This document shows positions 18,429 through 27,620 of a DNA stretch of 64,000 nucleotides, in pieces (position 1 is the first letter of the stretch; each line of letters opens with the position of its first letter). The notes under the pieces were generated by a model. The model saw only the letters and a program-made list of their open reading frames with translations, had not been told where the DNA came from and did no database searches. The stretch covers positions 2,112,001 through 2,176,000 of the forward strand of contig OZ242318.1 in the NCBI GenBank assembly GCA_965208105.1. The letters run 5' to 3'. The DNA is from Candidatus Latescibacterota bacterium (lineage in GTDB: Bacteria > Latescibacterota > UBA2968 > UBA8231). Position numbers and translations under genes: made by a program.

Positions 18429-19109
18429 TTACCACAGTATCTTCGCTAAGTGCTGCTCCCTCGACCTCTCCGCGATCTCCACCACCGTCAGGCCCTCCTT
18501 CTCCACCCGGTCGGCCACAGCGGCCCACCACGAGTAGAAATCCAGAAGGTTCATGTCCTGCTCCGGCGTCCGCCCGAATGCATGACGCGAACCGAACATC
18601 ATATCCCCACCCTCGCAGCCCCACAGATGGGCATTGCGCCTGGCCCACTCCATCAACTGAAGGTCGGTTTCCAGGCCCAAGTCCCGCGCCATTGCATACG
18701 AACCCCGGTGATAGCTGGCGTCCGTGTGCGTCTGCGTATCCCGCAGCACTCGCGGCCGCTTCGGATTGTCGCAAGGGAAATCAGGCAGCTCGAAGGCCCA
18801 ATCATGCACCCCGCCGCACTCCTCGATCTCCTCCAGGGTAGACAGGAAGTAGTAGCCCGCATGACAAGCCACCGTTCCGCACAGCGCCTCGAAGCGCAGG
18901 AAGTAGCGGTTGATGGTCCCCGTGCTCATGTCCACTTCTGCGTCCGGATTCCTCTCGTGCATGTCTTTGAATCGCGCCGCGACACGGCGGATCGCCGCAA
19001 CTCCTGGACGGAAACAAGCCATGCAAACCCGCTCCTCCTTGCCCTCGCACTCGACCTTCACCACGGTCTGGCAAGGTCTCAGTATCTCGCACCTGCTACA
19101 CAACAACAT
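18429..19109 (-). CDS. Phage-type protein with N-terminal CxxC...CxxC and CGTVACHAG motif
   Basis: GAGGAG RBS; CSRC and CMAC; CGTVACHAG. Confidence 0.7.
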   Translation of the reverse strand: MLLCSRCEILRPCQTVVKVECEGKEERVCMACFRPGVAAIRRVAARFKDMHERNPDAEVDMSTGTINRYFLRFEALCGTVACHAGYYFLSTLEEIEECGGVHDWAFELPDFPCDNPKRPRVLRDTQTHTDASYHRGSYAMARDLGLETDLQLMEWARRNAHLWGCEGGDMMFGSRHAFGRTPEQDMNLLDFYSWWAAVADRVEKEGLTVVEIAERSREQHLAKILW

Positions 19110-19162
19110 GTCTTCTCCTCGATGTGAAGCTGGGGACGGCTACCCACCGCCCCCGGCAGTTT

Positions 19163-19504
19163 CTACGGATGGAACAGCCGCGCCAGGCCCAAGCGCCGGA
19201 ATGCCTGCTCCACCTCAGAATTGAGCAGTGTATCAATCCCCAGCCAGTAGCCCAGCCCCGAAGTCCACTCGTGCAGCTTCTCCAGCGTTTTCGCGAACTC
19301 CTCCGGGGTCTCGCACTCCTGAACCTCAAGGTCCCCCTCCTGGAACTTCACGACCTTCAAGGCCATAGGGTTGGCCCACTGCCCGAAGTAGCTGGCATCC
19401 TGCGTTGTGTCGATCTGTGCATAGCCCTTGGAGACATGACACGCGCCGAAGTCGAAGCGGTAGCGGTCCCCGTGCGGCTCCAAGTGCTGCCGTGTGATCT
19501 TCAT
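19163..19504 (-). CDS. Conserved-looking mobile-element hypothetical protein
   Basis: DRYRFDF...GYAQIDTTQDASYFGQWANP...EGD pattern recalled from plasmid/phage proteins; ATGA overlap. Confidence 0.75.
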   Translation of the reverse strand: MKITRQHLEPHGDRYRFDFGACHVSKGYAQIDTTQDASYFGQWANPMALKVVKFQEGDLEVQECETPEEFAKTLEKLHEWTSGLGYWLGIDTLLNSEVEQAFRRLGLARLFHP

Positions 19505-19956
19505 GCCTCCCCCTCCTCGACACGAGCAAGGAAGTCCTTGTCTGTCTCGATGTGCTCAGGGTAGTCCTCGTCGAACTCGAAGGGCCGGAACACCAGTCGC
19601 GCCTTGATCGGCATCACGGGTTTCACCTCCGAGACAGGGACCCCGCGTTCAGGGTGATAGTCGTCGAAATTGCGAATCCAGGCCCGCAGCTCAGCCGGGA
19701 GCAGGAATGTTGCTATGGTCTCTCGGTTGTATGGGGTGGGAATGTTGAAGTAGATATGGAGGCGCTCCCCACCCACAACCACATTTGATGCGCCTAACGG
19801 TTCGGCCACTCGAAAGGTAGCCCGCGCCGTTGGGCACTCGCCGCTGTCGCACTGAACCCCGTGCTTGATGTCGGATTGCTCAATGCTGATGTCGAGAGAA
19901 CGCGGTATCTTGCGCCGCACTTCTCGATGCACCTGGAGATAAGGGCCATTGCTCAT
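19501..19956 (-). CDS. Phage-type CxxxxCP family protein (paralog 2)
   Basis: ISIEQSDIKHGVQCDSGECPTARA...LPAELRAWIRNFD; GAGGAG RBS. Confidence 0.75.
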   Translation of the reverse strand: MSNGPYLQVHREVRRKIPRSLDISIEQSDIKHGVQCDSGECPTARATFRVAEPLGASNVVVGGERLHIYFNIPTPYNRETIATFLLPAELRAWIRNFDDYHPERGVPVSEVKPVMPIKARLVFRPFEFDEDYPEHIETDKDFLARVEEGEA

Positions 19957-20050
19957 TACTCCTCCTCGTGATGGGTAATAGCGGGGCTTGGGGTACCGGC
20001 TCTGCGCTTTACCCGGCGAGACTGCCCCGACAGTCTCGCCGTCCCCTCAG

Positions 20051-20440
20051 CTACACTACTGGCTCGGGTTCCTCCGGCGACAAATCCCTGAAGGCGACAA
20101 GGTGATAGTTCGATTTCGGAAGCTGTGCCTTGATCGGCTTCACCTGCTGACAGTGATCGAAATTCCTCACCCATTTCCTCAGCACCGCAGGGAGCACGTA
20201 GCACACTCTCAGCCTGTGCCTCGGCTCCACTCCGTCAAAGCCGAACATGACGCTGATGGAGCCCACTGAGACGGTAACGGTGCGGGATTCCAGAATTCTC
20301 ATGGTCCGCAATGCTGCCAGGGCTGTGGGGCATTCACGGCAATCCGCCGTGACTCCGGCGTTGATGTCGTGTAGCTCGATGCTGATCTCAAGCTGCTTCG
20401 GCAGCTCGCTGAACAGCTTTTCGGATGGTGTAGGTTGCAC
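20051..20440 (-). CDS. Phage-type CxxxxCP family protein (paralog 1)
   Basis: ISIELHDINAGVTADCRECPTALA...LPAVLRKWVRNFD; GAGGAGG RBS, GTG start. Confidence 0.75.
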   Translation of the reverse strand: MQPTPSEKLFSELPKQLEISIELHDINAGVTADCRECPTALAALRTMRILESRTVTVSVGSISVMFGFDGVEPRHRLRVCYVLPAVLRKWVRNFDHCQQVKPIKAQLPKSNYHLVAFRDLSPEEPEPVV

Positions 20441-20464
20441 TGTGGTTCCTCCTCGACACGAATT

Positions 20465-20492
20465 GAGGGAGGAGACCGAAGTCTCCTCCCTC
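20465..20492 (-). terminator. Intergenic 12-bp hairpin with cUUCGg tetraloop (terminator or stability element)
   Basis: Minus strand GAGGGAGGAGAC-TTCG-GTCTCCTCCCTC. No strong U-tract. Confidence 0.6.
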
Positions 20493-20496
20493 GGGG

Positions 20497-20970
20497 TTAG
20501 ATGTGGATGCTGATGTGGTCGTAGAGCAGCTTATAGGCTCGTTCGCTCAGGAAGTGCTTGTCTGCCGTGTTGGCCTCGGCCCAACCTTTCTCGGCCTTCA
20601 GATCCAACACGATCCGCACCGGCGATTTGCCCACCTTCAGCGAGACCTTGAAATCCAAGGCGATGGGCTCAAGGTCAAACTTCCGGATACTCCCGTTGTT
20701 CCACTCTGCAGCGGAGATGCTGCTGATGACGTTGCACTCCGTCAGCGGCTTGTCTATAGCCTCCTGCAAGGCTCCATCGACGTGATCGGCGTCAACGATC
20801 TCTCCTACCTGCTCCCAATCGAGATACTTGGTCGTGTTGAATACATCAGCACGATACAGGGTGATTTCCCCTGCGACCCAACCCTCGATCAAGGCAAGGT
20901 CCTCGAAGTAGTCGATAGCCTGACAAGCGTCCTCGGTGGTCATAGGCGCTTGGGCCTGCTTTGTGGTCAT
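20497..20970 (-). CDS. Hypothetical protein
   Basis: AGGAGG RBS before MTTKQAQ; 157 aa. Confidence 0.7.
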   Translation of the reverse strand: MTTKQAQAPMTTEDACQAIDYFEDLALIEGWVAGEITLYRADVFNTTKYLDWEQVGEIVDADHVDGALQEAIDKPLTECNVISSISAAEWNNGSIRKFDLEPIALDFKVSLKVGKSPVRIVLDLKAEKGWAEANTADKHFLSERAYKLLYDHISIHI

Positions 20971-21146
20971 GTGGCGTTCCCTCCTACTATGAACAAGCGA
21001 TTGTAGAGCAGGGCTAAGGCCCACACGACGGGGAAGTAGAACACCGTCATGGGGAGTAGCCACCGCTCCCGGTAGAAGCCCACCGCGACTACCGCAAGGC
21101 GCAGCGGCAGGACCACGGTCAAGGCGAAAATGGCCGAGTGAGGCAT
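20967..21146 (-). CDS. 59-aa two-helix membrane protein, first gene of the early operon
   Basis: Not in the ORF track. MPHSAIFALTVVLPLRLAVVAVGFYRERWLLPMTVFYFPVVWALALLYNRLFIVGGNAT*; AGGAGA RBS; ATGA overlap. Confidence 0.65.
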   Translation of the reverse strand: MPHSAIFALTVVLPLRLAVVAVGFYRERWLLPMTVFYFPVVWALALLYNRLFIVGGNAT

Positions 21147-21203
21147 GGTCTATCTCTCCTGTTTCAGGGGCTGCAGCCTAAGGAATGGTTAACGTTATGC
21201 CAC

Positions 21204-21232
21204 ATAATACCACATTTAGCCACGTTTTGCAA
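21204..21232 (-). promoter_or_regulatory. Sigma70 promoter of the early operon
   Basis: TTGCAA-N17-TATTAT with extended TG, overlapped by 10-bp periodic GTGG repeats. Confidence 0.7.
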
Positions 21233-23347
21233 GGACAATGTTTGGTGCGTGGCAGGAGGGGTTGAACGGGGGTGAAGCGGTAGGGTTTCGTTCGCTAATC
21301 TAACGAGGCATCAGGAGTGCAGGGGCAGGTAGCTTTCTGCAACTTGTGAGGGACCGATTTGTAAAGGGAAGCGGGGGCCTTGCTCGGACGGCGGTGCGGC
21401 GTGGAACTCTCCTGTCCTGCTCTAAACCTCGCGGCCGTGTCGCATGCCATACATTACTCGCGCCCATTTCGGCATCCCTGGGCGAGGGGTGATCGACGGC
21501 CGCTCAGGACGCCTCGACGCCCGCCAAATGACCCAACGAGGCACCGCTTGCGCACCGCAGAGCGGAAGGGGGGTCCGAGGTCGAAGAGAACTCCTGTCTG
21601 GCTCGCTATTCGTGGGGCCGGATTTCCACCAATGTCAACCTTTTTCCACCAAATCCCACCTACAAGGCGACCCCAGGAGTCTCGCACAGGGTGGAAGTAG
21701 GTCTTGCGTCCGACGCTGATACACGCACAGATTTTGCCCCCTGGACCAAAACGCTGTCCAGGAGCTTGCGGATTTGGCTTTGGAACTCCTCATAATAGGG
21801 GTTATCGATACTACTAAAGGGAGAAAAAACAATGGTTTACGGAGCAATTAGGCAAGCATCGGGCAGCTCCTCGGGGCCGATGGACGGCGCACTGAATCCC
21901 AGCCGACGCCCGTTACCCCGTGGGTCATGGCTGATCACTTCCCATAGCCCCGATTAAAGGAAGTGATCGACCAAACCAGCGGCGGCGGCAGCCCGCACGA
22001 CCCGCACGAAATGAACGCACGCCCATCGACGGCGGCCGTGGGGGGGGGGTATCCCCAGATTCGCGCCGGCGCAGCCGCCGCGGAGTCCTAAGAGCCTCTT
22101 GCACAAGGGGATACGGAAATTTTTCAGCCAGGCGAAAATTTTTTTTTGGGGTAGAGAATTGCAGGTTTGGCCGGTTGGGCCGGAGGGCGGGTTTGGACCG
22201 TATCCCACCACTTCCCACCAAAATCAACCACGGAATTGGGGGGTATTTTCACCGGAGGGCCGAAAAGGCCGGATTTTCGACTCGAAGTAGGCTCGGATCT
22301 GGTCGCGGCGCTTCGATTTCAGCAAAATTCCGCCGAGATTGCAGTTTCACCCGCGCCAATCCGGGCAGGCAATTTTCGCCACGGTCGCGGAGGTATTCGA
22401 CAGATGATTTTGGGGCCACAAGCACCTCAAAAACCTCCTCGACACTCCGGCGATCCGGGCCGAGTTTTACCTGCCAGGTCGAGGAGGTTTTCGACAGAGG
22501 AGAGAGGGCAGTGGCCACCGTGGCTGGCACGGAGGCCGAGAGCTATCCGCAACCTAACAGGCAAGGCGGCACGGACTGGCGTAGGAGCTAGACTGATTCC
22601 GCCGAGAGGGGGCCCTTCACCGCGCTGCAGGGGTCTGCAACCCTGGAGTGTCCACTGACCACAAAAACTCCCTCTCCCCATGCAAGAGTTCTCTACATGA
22701 CTCCTTCCGACCAGAAAGGTAAATATCATTCCTTTCTGACCGTCCAGGTTGAATCGCCGTTGCTGTTGATGCTCCAGCAGGCAGAGTGGATAGCCATGGC
22801 TCATGGACAAATGGCGGAGTATCTGGATGGACCCGGCGACGACCCAACGCAGCGCTGATGCGATAGAGACGACCGGCCGTTAGGATCAGGGGATGACCCT
22901 CACCTGCACCTTCTCCAGCGAATCTGGAAGCGGCTTTCCATTGAGATGGTCTTCGAATAAAGTTATGAGAGTGCTTGTCAGCATGTGGACGCGGGGCAGA
23001 TTGTCCAGCGAGTCGTAACGCCCAATAAGCACCGCCGTAACACCTGATGCCTTCATGAAGAAGATGGACACGTCTTGGGCCGGGAACCGCCACCATTCTT
23101 CGGCATACTTGTGCGCGTCTTTCCGATCGCCCTAATTATCCTGATGACGTCCGCTTGTTGTTGAATGGAAAGCAAATTTTGATGCTTTGAAACATTCGCA
23201 GCGTCACGGATCAATCCCGTCACCAATAAGGTACCAGGCTTGGCGCGGTAAGGCTGGTACCTTTATGAAGTTCCGCTCATCGTCCGTGGGATATTTCAGT
23301 CCTTTCTTGGTGGTCCGATCGAAGGCGACCTTGTTGTCGGCGATCAT

Positions 23348-23589
23348 GAACAGCGTCCCGCCGTCTCCGTAGGGGCCCGGTTTTGAGATTGATTTCACCT
23401 TTGCTGCCGTCAGCTTTTCCATAATTTATCCTCACGGTTTAACCGACGGAATAGTAAAGGATATAACGGAATCGTCGGAAAACCGCAGACCAAACGGAGA
23501 TCGACAACTTGTTTATGGGAAAGAAGTTAAGAGCACTAAAGGGAACAGAAGGGAATCGAGAGAACGGGCAGGATGGTGCCGAGGGTCGG
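23348..23589 (-). repeat. 242-bp copy of the integrase 5' end, its upstream region and the tRNA-Leu 3' end (att site plus integrase stub)
   Basis: Near-identical to 37063..37304. Encodes MEKLTAAKVKSISKPGPYGDGGTLF and then diverges. Confidence 0.9.
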
Positions 23590-23679
23590 TGGCAAACACG
23601 CGGGCGAGCAGGGCCACCCGTACCAGGCGATGGGCGCTGGGTGGAGCGCTCAAAGCGCGGTCCGCCACCGTCGATTCGG

Positions 23680-24140
23680 CTACCGTTTGGGCGGGCACGG
23701 CGTTTTGAGCGCGATGGAAAGCTGTTGCGAATTGAGGAGGCGCAGGCGCCCGGCGGACAGAGACGGTCGGGCCACGTAGCAGCATAAGCGTTCGAGCCCA
23801 CGCCGGTCCGGGCCTGCGGTCCGCGTAGCTGCATGCAGGGATAACCCCTTCGAAGCGAAGCACATGGGCGCCGTTCGCACACCGGTGGCCGGATCTTTCA
23901 AGGCGCGTAGCAAGCGCTAGCCGCCGCGTGCCCCGGTGGCGATTGTCCCCCGCACCGAGGCTGCCGTGAGGGCAGCCAGCACGGGCTCCTCACCGACGAG
24001 CCGATCGGCTTGAGTTGTCGTCAAGCAGGCCGCGTTTCGTGCACAAGCGGAGGATGCGGCGCACACTCAACTCCACGATCTGCTGCACAGCTTGGTCGGA
24101 CAACGGCGGGGCCGGAACGAAAACCGGAGCTTCCTCCCCG
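23680..24140 (-). pseudogene. IS91-family (Y2) transposase fragment
   Basis: GLSLHAA...RRGLERLCCYVARP...LKTP and PVFVPAPPLSD segments, with stops and frameshifts. Confidence 0.75.
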
Positions 24141-24186
24141 TCCGAAATAGACCCGCCCCTTCGCTCCCTGAGTGCCCGCTTCCCGC

Positions 24187-25314
24187 CTATCGCGGGGATG
24201 GGTGCCCGCCGCCATATTCGCGATCCAGATCGCGATAGATCGTGTGCACATGATCCACGGGATTGCCGCCCCTGCTGCCTCCCCGCGCGTCATTCGCATA
24301 TTCGATGATGATGGACGGCCCCTGGATGGAATAAGACATATCGCTTCCAGCCACAATGGGGCCGCTCCAGGCGAACCAGGTCTCATCAAGCGCCTCAAAA
24401 AACCGCTCACCCTGCGCTCGGGCATGGCTCCGTGGCATGATCTCGAACCACTGCGAGGCCAGAGCCAGGAGCTTGTCCTTCTGCACCTCATCCAGCGAGT
24501 TGCCGCGGATCCCGATCGGCTCCGGGACGACCCCATCCTGCCCCGCCCCCACCCGCAGGGCCCCGCGCTGCTCGCTGATCACAGCCAAGGTCCGTTGCGC
24601 CGCCGTCAGGCTGTGGACTAACTCATGCGCAAGGTCGGTCGCTCCGGCCATCGGTCGCCTTTCCACACCCGCGACGAAGAACGCCTGCGGAAAGGTGCCG
24701 ATGAAGCTGGGCGACATCGAATAGGCGGCGCCCTCCAACGTCAGGTTCAAGGCAATATGATGCCCATCGAGTTGCACCGCCCATCGGGATGTGACCGACG
24801 GCTCGCCAAAAACGGAGACACGACAGGCCTCGATCCCGACTCCCGCATTGATCTTGCCGTCGATACGGGCGCGGAGATCATCTCCCAGCATCGTGTCTCG
24901 TATCTTGTGGTAGCCGGTCTCACTGAGCACGGCCGCAAGCAGGTCCGAGAAGGCGCGAAGCTGAGCCTCGTTCAGATCGCCCAGGGCAAGGCCCCCCATC
25001 TCCCCACGAGCCGGGGCATTGCTCCACCGGGTTCTTTCAGCACTCGTCAGACGATAGTGCGCCGACCGTCTCTGCCCGTCATTGAGCGACCGAAGGAAAC
25101 GGTTGGCCGCACGCACCCTATGCGCCGGCGAGTGATCCGACCGGGGTGGCCGGTAGGTGCCCAGAAGGGCACCGGCCCGAGAGGCATAACCCGAGGGAGG
25201 GAGGGCGGTGTCCGCGTCGGCGCTCTCGGTTTTGCCTTTTCCGGTAGAGTTGCTGGCCGCGATGGTGAGTGCGAAGCACGGGCAGAGAAAAATCGCTACA
25301 AATAACTGTCTCAT
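24187..25314 (-). CDS. DUF3500-like secreted protein
   Basis: Signal peptide; RWSNAP, FGEPS...WAVQLDGHHIALN, IIIEYAN and HVHTIYRD motifs. Confidence 0.8.
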   Translation of the reverse strand: MRQLFVAIFLCPCFALTIAASNSTGKGKTESADADTALPPSGYASRAGALLGTYRPPRSDHSPAHRVRAANRFLRSLNDGQRRSAHYRLTSAERTRWSNAPARGEMGGLALGDLNEAQLRAFSDLLAAVLSETGYHKIRDTMLGDDLRARIDGKINAGVGIEACRVSVFGEPSVTSRWAVQLDGHHIALNLTLEGAAYSMSPSFIGTFPQAFFVAGVERRPMAGATDLAHELVHSLTAAQRTLAVISEQRGALRVGAGQDGVVPEPIGIRGNSLDEVQKDKLLALASQWFEIMPRSHARAQGERFFEALDETWFAWSGPIVAGSDMSYSIQGPSIIIEYANDARGGSRGGNPVDHVHTIYRDLDREYGGGHPSPR

Positions 25315-25474
25315 TACCCCTCCGGTCGGGCTCGAGCCCTGGTGGCCGAGGCCTTGGGCGACGTGTCGGACCATCTTTCTGGCCTCCGCTAGAAAATGGA
25401 ATTATGTACGTGAGTAACTGGACTTTTGCAAAATGAGGATTTCCTGCTGATAAGTCCAGGTTTTCGGTAGTGTC

Positions 25475-26353
25475 TCAGTTTGAAATTCGGCGCTTGTAAG
25501 TTTTTGGGCGCTTGGGTTTGGGTGCCTTGGCATCTATCAAGCTGATGATCCATCCCATATTGCGCGGGGAGGAGCTGAGTCCAGCCTCCATCGCGGGCGT
25601 CACCCTGAGCGTTTTGTGAATCCGGCAGAAATTGTAGTGCAGAAAATACAGGCTCAGCATATGCAGGTGATTGTCCAGCTTCTTACTAAACGCGTTGGTC
25701 AGCCTGGTAAAGCGACGCATGCCCATCCTCATACTCAGGTTGTGGCGCTCCACATGCGACGTACTGATGGCTGCTTTGTCCGGCTGGCCCTGAATCCGCC
25801 GCTTTCGGGTGCCAGTGCATCGAGATGGGCTGTACCGCTTCTCCTCTTTCGGCGGGTCCTGGAAAAGCTTAATTAGCTGGGCGAAATCTACTGTATCCCC
25901 AAAGGCCTCCTCGACCGCTTCCAGATAGCTATGTAGTCCGTCCGTGGTAAGCTGGACCCTGCCCAATAAACGGCTGCGCAGGTCCAGCATGAAATCCCTG
26001 GCCGTATCCAGCGACCTGTCTCCAATGAGGTAGCACAGGATCATCTTGCTGTCAGAGTCCAGGGCCGTCCAGGTCCAGACATCGCCCGACCCACCAGGGG
26101 CATTTTTGGCCGTCTCGACGTTTTTGTCTTTGGCGTAGCAGAAGGACCAAATCTCATCACACTGCACCCGTTTGGCCTGGATGCCGCGCACCATCTCATC
26201 ATGGTATTCGGCGCATGCCCAACCAGCGTCTACCAGGAGCTTTGTGACTGTGTTGATGGATACGTCAGCCGTGCGGCTGATGGAGCGCATGGACATCCCC
26301 TCGACCAGCATATTGAGGATCATCACGCGCTTGGATAGGGGCAACTGATTCAT
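25475..26353 (-). CDS. IS1-family DDE transposase
   Basis: QCDEIWSF, TTDG, STSHVERHNL..RMGMRRFTRLTNAFSKK, HKTLRVTPAM. Confidence 0.9.
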   Translation of the reverse strand: MNQLPLSKRVMILNMLVEGMSMRSISRTADVSINTVTKLLVDAGWACAEYHDEMVRGIQAKRVQCDEIWSFCYAKDKNVETAKNAPGGSGDVWTWTALDSDSKMILCYLIGDRSLDTARDFMLDLRSRLLGRVQLTTDGLHSYLEAVEEAFGDTVDFAQLIKLFQDPPKEEKRYSPSRCTGTRKRRIQGQPDKAAISTSHVERHNLSMRMGMRRFTRLTNAFSKKLDNHLHMLSLYFLHYNFCRIHKTLRVTPAMEAGLSSSPRNMGWIISLIDAKAPKPKRPKTYKRRISN

Positions 26354-26420
26354 GCCCCTAATATAGGAAAGGAATAGGAAAGGAACCGCTATTTGTCAAG
26401 CATTTATTTCATTTTATTTT

Positions 26421-26987
26421 CTATATTGGGTTAGATCTTCCAATCATCAAATCAGCGGCAGAGTATTCAAACTCGCTGTTCAGCATTCGAACTTGGAGCG
26501 TTTTTTCCTTTTTCTCATTTGGTTCTGATACCGTCAACTGGGCTGCCAGTTCTATGATCCTATCTAATTCTGTTTCACTAACAAACTTTGAAACTGCCGT
26601 CTCAATATCTGTGTCGCTATGAGTCAAATCCACTAATTTTTGCAATACCTTTTTAAGTTCGGAAGAGTAAAATCGAACCTCCTCGCTTAGGTTCCTAGGT
26701 TGATGTATGTGCATATTAACCTCAAACCCACAAGCAACAACAAATGAAAAAAACGTAAAAAGTGACAACTTATCGCTAGTTGCGTCCTCAATCTTTGAAA
26801 TCTGGCTTGGACTAACTCCAAGCCTTTCAGCAAGGCTGGCCTCGTCCAAATTCTTTAAATTGCGCATCTGGAATAGTATGGAACTGAAGTGCTTCTTCGC
26901 ACAGGTGTTCTTAAATTCTTGAACGAAGCTCTCATCGTCCGAAAGTTCTTCGATCATCTCCATAACCGAAGAAAATGATTTACCCAT
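26421..26987 (-). CDS. XRE-family HTH protein, probable HigA-like antitoxin
   Basis: LAERLGVSPSQISKIE HTH; overlaps the upstream toxin-like gene; low GC. Confidence 0.7.
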   Translation of the reverse strand: MGKSFSSVMEMIEELSDDESFVQEFKNTCAKKHFSSILFQMRNLKNLDEASLAERLGVSPSQISKIEDATSDKLSLFTFFSFVVACGFEVNMHIHQPRNLSEEVRFYSSELKKVLQKLVDLTHSDTDIETAVSKFVSETELDRIIELAAQLTVSEPNEKKEKTLQVRMLNSEFEYSAADLMIGRSNPI

Positions 26988-27360
26988 TGTTTTCTTCCTC
27001 TCGTTTCCGGTTTAGCTTTTTGACAAAGGAGCGAGCCTCTGCGATGTCTCTTCTTTTTTGAGTACTCTTATCTCCAATTGTGATCTGCCATAAAATTTCT
27101 TTTTCCAATTCGAGAAATGCGTAAAGTCTGACTGGAGCCGCCACTCTTCCACTTCCCCTACCATCAAAAGCTATAACTCCCTTGCCCTCAGGGCGAATCC
27201 CCTTTTTTTTCGTAATTTCCAGGGAATTTTTGCCCAATATTAGAAGATCAAAGAACTTTCGAAAATTCTCTAAGGCTTGTATGGCCTCGAATCTATGCTT
27301 TTTAATAACTTTTTTATACCGTGACTCGAACTGGTCGGACACCTCTATTCGCCAAGCCAT
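26980..27360 (-). CDS. RelE/HigB-like toxin
   Basis: Basic 126 aa; RLYAF...ITIGDKSTQKRRDI resembles the RelE/Gp49 C-terminus; sits upstream of the HTH gene. Confidence 0.6.
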   Translation of the reverse strand: MAWRIEVSDQFESRYKKVIKKHRFEAIQALENFRKFFDLLILGKNSLEITKKKGIRPEGKGVIAFDGRGSGRVAAPVRLYAFLELEKEILWQITIGDKSTQKRRDIAEARSFVKKLNRKREEENNG

Positions 27361-27383
27361 ATCTTATCAGGTTATTGACGGTA

Positions 27384-27620
27384 CTAATCAGTGGATGCCT
27401 GTGAATCCCATCTAGCCATGGCTGCCTGTCTCGCAATCTCTGAGCGTCTTTTGGGAGATCTTTTCGCTTGGGCAATCGTAGCACCCCGCTTGCCTCCTTT
27501 GACCTTGTTCGGTTGCTTATATCCCTCATCTTCAATCTCGCCAGTTGCGATCTTTGCAACATGCACAGCACAGCCCACTACATCGCCAGGCCTACGTTCT
27601 CCTTTGGGTCCCTTGGGCAT
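27384..27620 (-). CDS. Small conserved basic protein often found beside IS1/IS1595 passenger elements
   Basis: MPKGPKGERRPGDVVGCAVHVAKIATGE...RRSEIARQAAMARW. Confidence 0.75.
   Translation of the reverse strand: MPKGPKGERRPGDVVGCAVHVAKIATGEIEDEGYKQPNKVKGGKRGATIAQAKRSPKRRSEIARQAAMARWDSQASTD

Larger units (their letters stand above)
15163..22300 (-). mobile_element. Decaying prophage/ICE remnant: early (leading-region-like) operon plus non-coding end region
   Basis: About 14 small co-oriented genes with strong RBSs and ATGA overlaps, phage-type motifs and nonsense/frameshift lesions. Lies outboard of the att copy at 23574. Boundaries approximate. Confidence 0.65.
25466..27620 (-). mobile_element. 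IS1-family element carrying passenger genes (distal end not found)
   Basis: Terminus GGTAGTGTCTCAGTTTGAAAT at 25466 overlaps the transposase stop. TA pair and small conserved ORF lie upstream. Confidence 0.7.

Noticed and set aside
21243-21300. tRNA 3'-end-like sequence (GTTCAAC...CACCA on the minus strand)
   Set aside because: The T-stem does not pair and there is no cloverleaf; it does not match the tRNA-Leu att core.
22617-23347. ORF fragments fused to the integrase stub
   Set aside because: Multiple stops and no recognisable family; left unannotated.
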